The translations under genes were made by a program, and so were the position numbers. The notes below the pieces were generated by a model that ran no database searches, was not told where the DNA came from, and saw only the letters and a program-made list of their open reading frames with translations. DNA of 64,000 bases, from positions 36,962,304-37,026,303 of the forward strand of contig NC_092671.1 in the NCBI RefSeq assembly GCF_964355755.1, read 5' to 3'. Positions within the stretch are counted from its first letter, which is position 1. Each line of letters begins with the position of its first letter. Shown one piece after another: positions 1 through 11,700 of the stretch. The stretch is from Antedon mediterranea. Its lineage: Eukaryota; Animalia; Echinodermata.

Positions 1-717
1 TGATGAATTTTTTGGTTAATACTGTAGATAGCATTGCAATTTTTAACAAAAAATATTACTTTTTATATCAAGCTAACAACAGCCAACACAACAATAATTT
101 TCATTTAGCACAGAAACAAATTTTTTTTATAGAGTGTGGTTGATTGATTGCATATTATTTTATAGGTTAAATAACAAATAAATCGTATAATTTTGTTTAC
201 AGCAGCAAATGCAACCGGTTATATTTAGGTCAGGTTTATTAATGAGGACTGGACGTTGCGTGGAAAAGTGCCTTACTGTGGACAGAGTGGGTTAGTGGGG
301 ACAGGGTGTTAGTTGAGACAGACTGTTAGTGGGGACATGAACTAAAATTGTCTTGTTAGTTTCACTACTTTAAAGTTGAGAGTTTTAAGAAATTTAGTTC
401 AATATTTTACAATGATTTCAAAAACAAAAAATGAAGCTGCAATTAATAAGATTTTTACCAATATAATTGCAGTCCTAACTAGGTTTAAACAAACCTTTTT
501 TTACTGTTAAAAATATTATAATAAATGATTCGAGATACAGTACTTAATAATATAGTATTGATAATCGTGCAGTGTATTCCATATTTATAGTTCTGTTCTG
601 AGTTAACAATAAGCTAAGGTGAATCTTAATTTTTAGGAAAAATTGGCGGTTTAGAATTAATGTTCTTTGCCTCTGGTGTTTATATATATAAATAATAATA
701 AATCCAAAGGCAAATTA

Positions 718-950
718 CTGAAAAAATGACAATGCTGTGGGTATCAGTGACTGGGGCTCAATGGAGATACAAATAAAATAAGCACTGAAAAATGACAATG
801 CTGTGGGTATCAGTGGCTGGATCTCAAATGGATACAAATAAAATAAGCACTAACAAATGACAATTCTGTGGGTATCAGTGGCTGGATTTCAATGGAGATA
901 AAAATAAAATTAAGCAAAAAGCTAAATGGAAAACAACCAGAAAGTAATAT
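718..950. repeat. Three tandem ~65-bp copies of a dispersed repeat
   Basis: AAATGACAATGCTGTGGGTATCAGTGGCTGGATCTCAATGGAGATACAAATAAAATAAGC occurs three times; a single related copy lies at ~53445-53530. Confidence 0.7.
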
Positions 951-1676
951 AATAAACATTAGGTGAAAATCTTGTTTCACATATTTTGTTATTATAAATT
1001 TAATATGTCAGAATTGGAACACTTGCATTGGTATGTCTTTTGCACATAGTGTATTTTATAAATAACTAATTAATATCATTTATGCATATTTTAATAATGC
1101 TAACACACGGCACCGGTGGGATTTGTAGTGAATGTTAACTAGAATATTTAGGATTTAATAAAAAATAATATAAAATAAGATATCTTTATTTTGACACATA
1201 TCATTGAGGCACTTTTTGATATTATGCACCCGTTTGATTCTATATTTTAAAATGTGTATTTGCAGCTAGCTAAATATTATAATTAAAACAAAACAATATA
1301 GTTAAAAAAAGACAACACTAAGCATGTTCTGTTAATTAAACAGCAGAAAGAAACATTTTAATTTTTTGACATTTCTTTTAAGAAATTACTGTATTAATTC
1401 CAATAATGTATTAAAAAAATGTATTTGCACATTTTTTATAATCTAGACTAGGGCTAGTCCTATTTATTTTCAAATCAAATGTTTTATTAAAAAAAGAAAA
1501 TATTTGAATATCATCTGTATTAGACTCTTCTAAAAAACTTAGCCATGTCTATTAAACACTGTTCTTTTGGTTTTGTGGATATTATAAATAAAATTGTCCA
1601 TTTTGCTTACAAATTTCCCTAAGTTGTATTTGTGCTTAGAGCTTCTAAATGGCAAATAATTGAATTATTTATACAG

Positions 1677-4600
1677 GATTTTGGAAGAAGAGCTAAATAA
1701 ACAAGAAGCAATCTTGTCTGAAATGCATGAACGTGTAAATAAAGGAACGGCTGATAAGGTAAATCAAATGTTACACAACATTTATCTGTGTAAATACTTT
1801 CTTTTTCGCTCTCATAACATAACAACATAATATAAACATTTCATTAACAAAATGACAAAAAAGACCAAAAGAAATCAGCTTTGTTAAAGTTAAATTAAAT
1901 AAGTTTAAATAAAAAAAAGTTATTCATCTTATTTCAAATTTCAGTCTTTAAAAACAATCTCATTTATTTTGGTTAAATTATTAAAATAATTCCACTTAAA
2001 GTATGATTCTTTTTTTCTGATTACAGAATACTGAAGAGCAACTTTGGGAAGTTCAGAGAATTGTAACCCAGCTGAAACGAAAGGTAGAAGCATTGTAGTA
2101 GTTTTCTAGCCCTTTCACATCACCTAGAAAAGTTTTGGGGAGGCACGTCTGGTGACCATCAACACTAGCATTTGGGGAGGCACGTCTGGTGGCCATCAAC
2201 ACTAGCATTTGGTGAGGCACGTCTGGTGGCCATCAACACTAGCATTTGGGGAGGCACGTCTGGTGGCCATCAACACTAGCATTTGGGGAGGCACGTCTGG
2301 TGGCCATCAACACTAGCATTTGGGGAGGCACATCTGGTGACCATCAACACTAGCATTTGGGGAGGCACGTCTGGTGGCCATCAACACTAGCATTTGGGGA
2401 GGCACATCTGGTGACCATCAACACTAGCATTTGGGGAGGCACATCTGGTGGCCATCAACACTAGCATTTGGGGAGGCACATCTGGTGACCATCAACACTA
2501 GCATTTGGGGAGGCACATCTGGTGACCATCAACACTAGCATTTGGGGAGGCACGTCTGGTGGCCATCAACACTAGCATTTGGGGAGGCACGTCTGGTGGC
2601 CATCAACACTAGCATTTGGGGAGGCACGTCTGGTGGCCATCAACACTAGCATTTGGGGAGGCACGTCTGGTGGCCATCAACACTAGCATTTGGGGAGGCA
2701 CGTCTGGTGGCCATCAACACTAGCATTTGGGGAGGCACGTCTGGTGGCCATCAACACTAGCATTTGGGGAGGCACGTCTGGTGGCCATCAACACTAGCAT
2801 TTGGTGAGGCACGTCTGGTGGCTATCAACACTAGCATTTGGGGAGGCACGTCTGGTGGCCATCAACACTAGCATTTGGGGAGGCACGTCTGGTGGCCATC
2901 AACACTAGCATTTGGGGAGGCACGTCTGGTGGCCATCAACACTAGCATTTGGGGAGGCACGTCTGGTGGCCATCAACACAAGCATTTGGGGAGGCACGTC
3001 TGGTGACCATCAACACTAGCATTTGGGGAGGCACATCTGGTGACCATCAACACTAGCATTTGGGGAGGCACGTCTGGTGGCTATCAACACTAGCATTTGG
3101 GGAGGCACATCTGGTGACCATCAACACTAGCATTTGGGGAGGCACGTCTGGTGGCCATCAACACTAGCATTTGGGGAGGCACATCTGGTGACCATCAACA
3201 CTAGCATTTGGGGAGGCACGTCTGGTGGCCATCAACACTAGCATTTGGGGAGGCACATCTGGTGGCCATCAACACTAGCATTTGGTGTCTTTTGTAATGT
3301 GCACCTGGTGTATGCAAACTCCAGAGTTGAACATTTAAAATTAATATTTCTTGGCAAAAGTTTTTGAATGCAACTTAAATAGTAGGAAACAATTATGGCT
3401 ATTTTGAAAAAATATGTTTTTTTAGAGAATGTTGAATTTTTAAAGTGAACTGCTTTCTTATTTACCATAGATTCGAGTTTGTAGGAAGACTTCTGAAACT
3501 GCAATTGCTCCTACTCTTGAAGAAGAGGAGAAACCAGAGACAGAAGATGAGAAACCAGTAGTGGAAGAAGACAAACCAGTATTTGAGGAAGAGAAACCAG
3601 TATTGGAAAAAGAGAAACCAGCAGTGGAAGAAAAGTCTGCTGATGATAAGGCAGAAGATTCTGTATTCCTTGACGCTGTACCAGCAGTTGCTGACATAAC
3701 AGAGCAAAAAGCACCAGAGGCAAAAGAGATTGAAGGAAAGGTTGAAGAACCAATTAAAGAGGAATCTGAAGTAAAACCGCAACGAAAGGAAAGTGACCAG
3801 GATGTAATGGAGACAGTGTCAACAAAGAAAGAAATTGTTGATGAATCTGTTGACAAAGTAGTTATTGAGAAAGAAAATGAAGTAGAAAAACAAGTTGAAG
3901 TAAAACAAAATGAACAAATTCAAGAAAGAGAAGTGAATAAAGTTAAAAATGTAGAAAATATTGCAGAAGATAGTGTTCAAGGTGTAAAAGAGAAAGAAGA
4001 TAAAGAAGAAGAAAAACAGACAATTGGAGAAGTTGATAATCAGCAAGTGAAAGATTCAACAGAGGAAGTATTTAAGGAAGACGAAGAGGATGATGAAGGT
4101 AATTAATTGGCTTAACATTCTGTACCTTTAATGAAAACATTTCTTCTGGTTTCGATTCGTATAATAATATAAGTAGTTCTTTGATAGTAAACCAAGAAAA
4201 CTTACGTTGGCAAGACAGTTTCGTCTAGCTGTCAGCTTGACTTCTTCAGTTGCTATGATGCGTTATGGCGCCGACTGGTCTCCTTTCCAGCCACTAGATG
4301 ATTTTGTTGTGTAGCCTAGGGGACCAGTCGTCGTCAGAAGCTGATCGTAAATGTGAGATAGTTGGTGCGCGCCTTCGTCTCTATTCATCTTTGTATTTTT
4401 ATTTTGCTTTCTTATGCTGATACTTTCTTTAATTTTACGTTTAAGCCAAACTTGTTCTTTGTGTAGTACCTCTATCTTATCCCAGTTAGGTATGTGGTTG
4501 TGTGTGGTCATATGGTCCGTGATTGCTGATTTATGTAAAATGGAGGACGAAACTTTCCGTGATGCACGCGTCTGCATGTTCTGTGTGTTTTCCTCAACAT

Positions 4601-7213
4601 CTTTCATACATATAACATACGAACATACTTTAAACCATCTAACAAAATTAAAAACTTAATCGTCCGACCGAAAGATAAAGCATGCAAAGAGGATTCCTGT
4701 GGTGTTGTCTACAAAGTGGGGTGCACCAACTGTGAGATGGTGTACATTGGGGAAACGGGTAGGGCACTCAAAACCAGAATTAAAGAGCACAAGAAAGTTG
4801 TTGAGGAAAACACACAGAACATGCAGACGCGTGCATCACGGAAAGTTTCGTCCTCCATTTTACATAAATCAGCAATCACGGACCATATGACCACACACAA
4901 TCACATACCTAACTGGGATAAGATAGAGGTACTACACAAAGAACAAGTTTGGCTTAAATGTAAAATTAAAGAAAGCATCAGCATAAGAAAGCAAAATAAA
5001 AATACAAAGATGAATAGAGACGAAGGCGCGCACCAACTATCTCACATTTACGATCAGCTTCTGACGACGACTGGTCCCCTAGGCTACACAACAAAATCAT
5101 CTAGTGGCTGGAAAGGAGACCAGTCGGCGCCATAACGCATCATAGCAACTGAAGAAGTCAAGCTGACAGCTAGACGAAACTGTCTTGCCAACGTAAGTTT
5201 TATTGGTTTACTATCAAAGAACTACTTATATTATTCTGTACCTTATTTAAATCACCAACTTAGTACAACACGTCCTGGTTAATATTATCATTCCATACTA
5301 AATAACTATCAGCATGGTTGACTGTGCCTGTAACATAGGTTTTCTATTGACATGATTGACCATGCGCTTAGTTGACTGTGCCGTCATAATTATGAAACTT
5401 GTCAATAGAAAACAAGGTAATAGTCTTGACCTTGCCGAGAATAGATATGCCGATATAGAATTTCATTCCCAGTATTCCAGATAGCCACCACACCAAAATC
5501 CTAATTTACAATCACAGTGGACAGTACCTATAGAAAACTTCAAATTACATGCAGAACCGTGCCGATAGCCTTCATAAGTAGTTCTTTAAGAATGATATAC
5601 TGTATATTGTGGTCATTAGTGGCATTAAGCACTCTTTATTATTTAAATTAAAATAATATATAATTATCATTTCTTTATACAGAAGTTATTCAATTACTTC
5701 TAATAACTCAAGCAGAAGCAATGGCAAGGCAGCAGGAACTGAAGAAGATCCAGTCAGAGTTACAGGAGAGGATCGAAGCAGAAAGAAACGACATTGAACG
5801 ATTGCGGCAGAAGCTTGCTGAAGAGGAGCGCAGAGAGTCTCTTCAGTTGAGGCCATCCTCATTTGAGAGTGGTAACAGCTCAGACTCTTCTAATAGCAGT
5901 AGTAGTGAAAGTGTATCCTTTGATTTCACCAAAAAAACAACAACTTCCTTATTTTTCTGTATAGTTATTGAACTACTGTGTCGTCTTCTCCTTTCTTCTT
6001 CCTTTTTTCTTCCTTTTCCTTGCGTATGCCTTATTTATTGTATAGTCATTGAACTACTACGTCTTCTTCTTTTCCTTCTTCTTTCTTTCTTTCTTTGTTC
6101 CTTCCTTCTTTCTTCCATTTGAAGCAAACTTCATATTTGAAGGCTAATGCTCCACTGGCTACAGCTGCTGCAATTTTTCCCATACAGTGTGTGGTGCATA
6201 CAAAGTTAAATATTAGTTTTAAAACTCCCAAACAAACTGGAACAATAATTAATATAACATTTATGTACAATATTAGTTACTCCTTAACATTTTTGTTAGG
6301 AGGATGAGGATACGTTAATGGAGATTCTAACAAAGCTAACCGAAGAAAATGAGAAATTAGAAGTAAGTATACAGTAACAGTGGTGGATTCAGAATTTTGA
6401 AATAGATGGAGGGAAGGGTGGGCCTAGGGATTCAAAACGTGAAATGAAAATCTGAACTTAACCTAATGTAGTGGAGCTGTAGCTTGGTGGTTAACATGCT
6501 TGCCTTCCAATCCCAAATTCCAAGGTTCAATCCTGACCCTTTTAACTCTGCTCCCTAAGCTTCAAATGAGACTATAAAATAGTTTAGTTATTGGCGAGTT
6601 CATGCTTGCTGTTGCATATGAAATTTAAAAAAAAATCTTCTGCATTGTATCCACCTATGAGTAATGTGCCTCTTTACTTCCGTAGACGGATTCACAGACA
6701 AAGGGTTAGGTTCAGGACAAAAAAGTGTTTGCGTAGGTAGGGGAATTAAAATCAACGTAAGACAGTATTTTGCAAAAGAAATTCTCTATATAGTTAGAAA
6801 AGGCAGTTAGAAATAATCATGGCATTTATGCAGTATTTAGAAATAGAAGAAAAGCACTCACTGTACAGAAAAATTAGTTAATATTTTCAATTCATATTAA
6901 ATATGATCACCCATTGATTTGACCCTGATAATCCAGGTAGGTGATTGGTTAATGTTTTAATCAGCTTTACCAGGATCCTTCAGCAAATTGACAATTTTGA
7001 GGACTTCATAGTATATGAAAATATTTAAGTAAAATGATTGTGTTCAATAATGTTTTTTTATAGGCTAAAAATAACGAGTTGGTTACGAGTATTCATCTTG
7101 AACGTGAACGATGCGTAGATCTACGAGTGAAAATGACTACGATGATACTAAAGGAAGATTTACAAAAAAGGAGGTCTTTTAGTGGTCCGGCACCATTGGA
7201 AACAGATCTATAG
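1677..7213 (+). CDS. RALBP1: RalA-binding protein 1 (RLIP76) orthologue, 3' exons only; 5' part lies upstream of the window
   Basis: GT-AG exons 1677-1758 (ILEEELNKQEAILSEMHERVNKGTADK), 2027-2083 (NTEEQLWEVQRIVTQLKRK), 3471-4098 (acidic), 5683-5912 (EVIQLLLITQAEAMARQQELKKIQ...SSSSES), 6300-6362 (EDEDTLMEILTKLTEENEKLE) and 7064-7213 (AKNNELVTSIHLERERCVDLRV...ETDL*). Phases are consistent. They match the recalled RALBP1 Ral-binding/coiled-coil motifs EERLWEVQRILTALKRK and KNNHLNQAIHEEREAIIELRV. Confidence 0.88.
2134..3285. repeat. 37-bp minisatellite, ~31 copies, in a RALBP1 intron
   Basis: Unit TTTGGGGAGGCACGTCTGGTGGCCATCAACACTAGCA head-to-tail, no spacers, only a few recurrent SNPs (CACG/CACA, GGCC/GACC). 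Confidence 0.95.
4210..4253 (-). ncRNA. Second, inverted copy of the minimal hammerhead ribozyme motif
   Basis: Exact reverse complement of 5145-5188. Confidence 0.75.
4716..5135 (+). pseudogene. GIY-YIG endonuclease fragment of the Penelope-like element; no RT domain present
   Basis: VVY..C..C...YIGETGR...R..EH motif; the open frame extends upstream to ~4606 (YNIRTYFKPSNKIKNLIVRPKD) and is truncated there. Confidence 0.85.
5145..5188 (+). ncRNA. Minimal type I hammerhead ribozyme motif in the Penelope pLTR
   Basis: GCAA-CTGAAGA-A-GTC(AAGCTGACAGCTA)GAC-GAAAC-T-GTC-TTGC: stem I GCAA/TTGC, CUGANGA core, stem II, GAAA, vestigial stem III, GUC cleavage triplet. Confidence 0.75.
6468..6610 (+). 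mobile_element. tRNA-derived SINE (Gly-like head), degenerate
   Basis: GTGGAGCTGTAGCTTGGTGGTTAACATGCTTGCCTTCCAAT...GGTTCAATCC gives A and B boxes, followed by CTCCCTAAGCYTCAAATGAGACT. Related copies lie on - at ~13135-13320 and ~34895-35070. Confidence 0.65.
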
Positions 7214-7807
7214 TATAGAGAAATAGACACTAGTCAGTGCGCTGTTTGTCTAGTACAACTAAGAATCAATAATCATAGTGGCACATATCTAGATTGGTAG
7301 GTTACATATTTACTTACAAATAACAGAATTTCTCTCTAAATACCAGAATTTCTTTCTTCCTTTTGATTTGCAACCTGACTTATCACCTATGACCCACATA
7401 TATTGTATAATTTCTCGCACTGTAGAATCCAAAATGCTGTAAATTGAGCTAGGAAGTATGTGCCAATGTCCCTGGGACAAGTTCTTACGTCATCTAAGAT
7501 CAAAATCTCTCTATTATCTACAAAAAAACTTAAAACTCAATATTCGTATAAAGTAAAGTTTGCCATAATTTTTCTGCATTTATAATTATTAGCAGCGCTA
7601 TTGAATATCTAAACTATTTATTATTTAATTATAGATGCATAATTTATCAATTAATATAAATGTTATATTGGTGCTTTGTAAATGTAAAACAGGGTAGGGA
7701 ATGTTCCACATTCATGTTTTTGACAAGATTAATGGAATGATTTGTCTATTAATAAATTAAATTACATTTGGAAAAAATTAATAAATCTGTCCCAAATTTA
7801 CAGTAAT

Positions 7808-8277
7808 AGGGAGGTTTCACAACCTTTCATAACGAAAACGGATACGTCATACATTTGTGAAACTTTTGAGCTGATCCCCATTTCATATTCGTAAAGCGTA
7901 TTCGTGTTGACGAATATCACGAGTATAGTTTTTGATCTATTTTGTACATTTTGCATTTGAATCAGGAATGATTCATGATTATAATATAATTATAGATTTA
8001 TTGAAAGTAATTTACTAAAGTAATTTACTAAAATGCCAGGTCAATTTAGATAAATAGCAGTTTTTAAAGTCCTCACTCGCTTTGATGTTACGCTAGGCCT
8101 AGGCAGCCAAGCAACACGTACCTTCGCTTCGCTCAAATTTACCACAGTCATATTTTGGACGCGCCTCGATATTTCGTTGCCATGCGAAACAGATTTTTTT
8201 ATGGCTTACGAAAACGAATACGTGTGCATGACGTATCCGTTTTCGTTATCGTATTCGTAAGATTGCGAAACCTCTCT
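7808..8277. mobile_element. Non-autonomous TIR element (MITE) with AT flanks, PHIS/ISL2EU-like
   Basis: AT|AGGGAGGTTTCACAA...ATAACGAAAACGGATACGTCAT pairs with ATGACGTATCCGTTTTCGTTAT...TTGCGAAACCTCTCT|AT. The superfamily is inferred from the flanks only. Confidence 0.65.
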
Positions 8278-8768
8278 ATTTTTTGTTGAATAAAGGTATA
8301 GACCAAACTTAACTCAGATATGTATTTTTGTACACTTTTACAAAATACAAAAACAATTTTAAGCAGAAGATGAATTTATTTTCAAGTCAATATATATACA
8401 GTATTTACTATTTAAAAAATACTTGTGTATAATCTTTATTTACAGATATTTAACAATATTTGCACCGAATTTAAAATAAATAACATTTTATTATTCCAGA
8501 AGAAATTGAGTTATTTTTTGTTACTTTCATTGTTGTTAAAAGATCATATTAGCTTGATATGATACTGATCTTGTAAATGGAGCTGGTAAGGATTCTGAGA
8601 TTGTTAAAAACATGTAAATGCTACAACTCTACACTTGACAGCATTGGGAATTGATGGAAATGTAAAGACATATTGGAATGTTGGTACAAGTTTATAAAAT
8701 AATGGTATTGTGTAGCAGAAGCCATCTTATGACACAAAGAATATATTTGTTTTGTTTTTTTAATTCTT

Positions 8769-11700
8769 TTAAACCATACTCAGACTTGATGGAGTTTTCT
8801 TTTCTTCCGCCTCTTTCTGCTTCTCTTTCTCCTCATCTTCAAGCATTTCTTGGAGCTCCTTTCGCCACTTAAAAAGTAGAAAAAATGGTTACTTGGAGTG
8901 AGTCAAACTTATTATTGTTAGAATACTACTTATTTAATACAAAAACTATCTTAAGCTCAGTCTACACTATCAAAAAAATGTTACAGTAGTAATATGCCCA
9001 AATATGGTAGTGATATGACATCATCATGTCCATAGGCACATCACATTTTTTTGTCACATAAAGTTTGATAGTGTAGACAGAGCTTAAGAACTGATAAGTA
9101 CGAAAGCCCATTAATGCCATTTTAAGTATATGTTTTTCGAACGTAATCCGTTATAACGAATTAGTAATTCGTTTGAACGGATTAATAATCTGTTCAAACG
9201 AATTAGTAATCCGTTCAAACGAATTGCAACATATACAACAAGTGCCATTTAAAGTATATGTTGTAATTCGTTTAAACGGATTACTAATCCGTTCAAACGA
9301 ATTACTAATTTGTTTAAACGGATTACTAATTTGTTTAAACAAATTAATAATTTGTTTAAACGGATTACTAATTCGTTCAAACGAATTAGTAATCCGTTTA
9401 AACAAATTAATAATTTGTTTAAACAAATTAATAATTTGTTTAAACGGATTACTAATCTGTTTGAACGAATTAGTAATTCGTTTGAACGGATTAGTAATCT
9501 GTTCAAACGAATTAGTAATCCGTTCAAACCAATTGCAACATATACAACAAGTGCCATTTAAAGAATATGTTGTAATTCGTTTGAACGGATTACTAATCTG
9601 TTCAAACGAATTACTAATTTGTTTAAACAGATTAATAATCTGTTAAAACGAATTAGGAATCCGTTCAAACGGATTAGTAATTTGTTTAAACGGATTACTA
9701 ATTTGTTCAAACGAATTACTAATTCGTTCTAACGAATTAGTAATCCGTTTGAACAAATTATTAATTTGTTTAAACAAATTAATAATTTGTTTAAACGGAT
9801 TACTAATTCGTTCAAACGAATTACTAATTTGTTCAAACAGATTAATAATCCGTTTAAACAAATTATTAATTTGTTTAAACAAATTATTAATTCGTTTAAA
9901 CGGATTACTAATTCGTTTGAATGAATTAGTAATTCGTTTGAACGGATTACTAATCCGTTTAAACAAATTAGTAATTCGTTTGAACGAATTAGTAATCCGT
10001 TTAAACAAATTAGTAATTCGTTTGAACGAATTAGTAATCCGTTTAAACAAATTAGTAATTCGTTTGAACGGATTAGTAATCCGTTTGAACAAATTAGTAA
10101 TCCGTTTAAACAAATTAGTAATTAACAGATTATTAATCCGTTCAAACGAATTATTAATCCGTTCAAACGAATTACTAATTCGTTATAACGGATTACGTTC
10201 GAAAAACATATACTTAAAATGGCATTAATGGGCTTTCGTAGATAAGCAATCTAAAGTTTTGACAAGTTTACAGAAAAGTTTCTTACTTGATCTTCCACTA
10301 TTCGTTTCAAGTCCAGACTTGTTCTGGTTGTGAAACTTGGTTGTTTCTCTACTAAAGCTGAAGACATCATTAATTCTTCCCTGCGGAAATACAAACAGTA
10401 TGTAAATACTTTTGATTTTTCATAACATTTAATTACAAACTCTGACTCTGGTAGCAAAGTAATTTATTAAAACAGAGAATGAAGGAAGATGCCTGAAGAT
10501 GATCTTGTGTTGGGGCAAGTCTTAAATAAAGAAATGAAAAGGAATAGAAAATTTAAAATAAATAACATTTTATTATTCCAGAAGAAATGAGTCGGGTTGG
10601 TGAACATCAGTCCAAAATACGCAGATTTTTTTCCAAAATACGTCAAGTTGAGGGCGCTATACTAATCCAAAATACGTGAGTCTTTCCAAAATACGTCGAC
10701 TTGAGGGCGCTATTCATTTTCCAAAATACGTGAATTGTTCAAAATACGTCAAGTTGAGGGCGCTATAAATTATCCCAAATACATGAATTGTCCAAAATAC
10801 GTCAAATTGAGGGCGCTATTTATTTCCAAAATACGTGATTTGTCCAAAATACGTCAATTTGCAATTTGGGACCGCTAGTAATTTTCCAAAATACGTCAAC
10901 TTGAGGGCGGCAAACTTTTTTTCCAAAATACGAGAGCCTTTCCAAATGTATCATATTGAGAGTGTAAGGTAAAATTACAGTTTAATGTATTCAAAAAAAG
11001 TTTCTTGGAATAAAACAAACAAGTACATTTTAGTTATAAATGAAAGTATTAGAAGGCAGAATTTTTTGTAAATAAAATGTCAGAGTAGCCAATTATTATT
11101 TTTCAATGTAATCATTTATTACTGAAAAACAACAAATATGTGCCAACATCAGTCAATAGACATAGACAGTGCCTATAATATACGTTAATAATGTCTGAAC
11201 GATGTACGATTGCATTGCCAGACGTAGCTAGTTTAAATGCGGCATAAACCGGCTACAAAACCAGCATGTACGTATATAGTATTTAAGTATAGTGATAGGT
11301 ATGTGTTATATATTTGGTGATCTACAAAATCGATATTTTTCCCGAGCTCGACAGACCAACATCGCTTTCAATTTAATGTACAGTACTTATGGTCTAATAA
11401 GTTACCTAATCTGAAATCTAACATAATAATTATTTCATATAATATATAATAATAAAAAGCATATGGTATTGTGATTAAAATAATAGCAATAATTAATTGG
11501 TTAGAAGAAGTAAAGGAGTTATTTAAATTGCGTATTTTGGAAAATGAATAGCGCTCTCAAGTTGACGTATTTTGGAAAATTACAAGCGGTTCCAAATTGA
11601 CGTATTTTGGACAAATTGCGTATTTTGGAAAATGACTAGGGCCTTCAACTTGACGTATTTTGGACAATTCGCGTATTTTGGAAAATGAATAGCGCCCCCA

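Larger units (their letters stand above)
4129..5232. mobile_element. Penelope-like retroelement, 5'-truncated, with inverted pseudo-LTR
   Basis: The + arm (~4606-5235) encodes a GIY-YIG endonuclease C-terminus (GVVYKVGCTNCEMVYIGETGRALKTRIKEH...ESISIRK...MNRDEG). The left arm 4163-~4605 is a near-perfect inverted copy of ~4792-5235 plus a 34-bp tail (4129-4162). The direct repeat ATTCTGTACCTT at 4117-4128 and 5233-5244 is the likely TSD. Confidence 0.9.

Noticed and set aside
2134-3285. CRISPR array (37-bp repeats)
   Set aside because: Units are contiguous with no unique spacers, there are no cas genes, and the context is a eukaryotic intron.
3458-4046. Minus-strand hydrophobic/Ser-rich ORFs (also 57892-58680)
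   Set aside because: Antisense shadows of GAA-rich acidic exons on the + strand.
6468-6540. Functional tRNA genes (also 13255-13320, 35005-35070, 53546-53620)
   Set aside because: A/B boxes are present but cloverleaf stems are broken, and each continues into a shared SINE body.
9151-10228. Leucine-rich or coiled-coil-looking ORFs (LNKLLIC / FKRITN repeats)
   Set aside because: By-products of a 21-bp palindromic repeat inside a TIR element, open on both strands, with no splice context.
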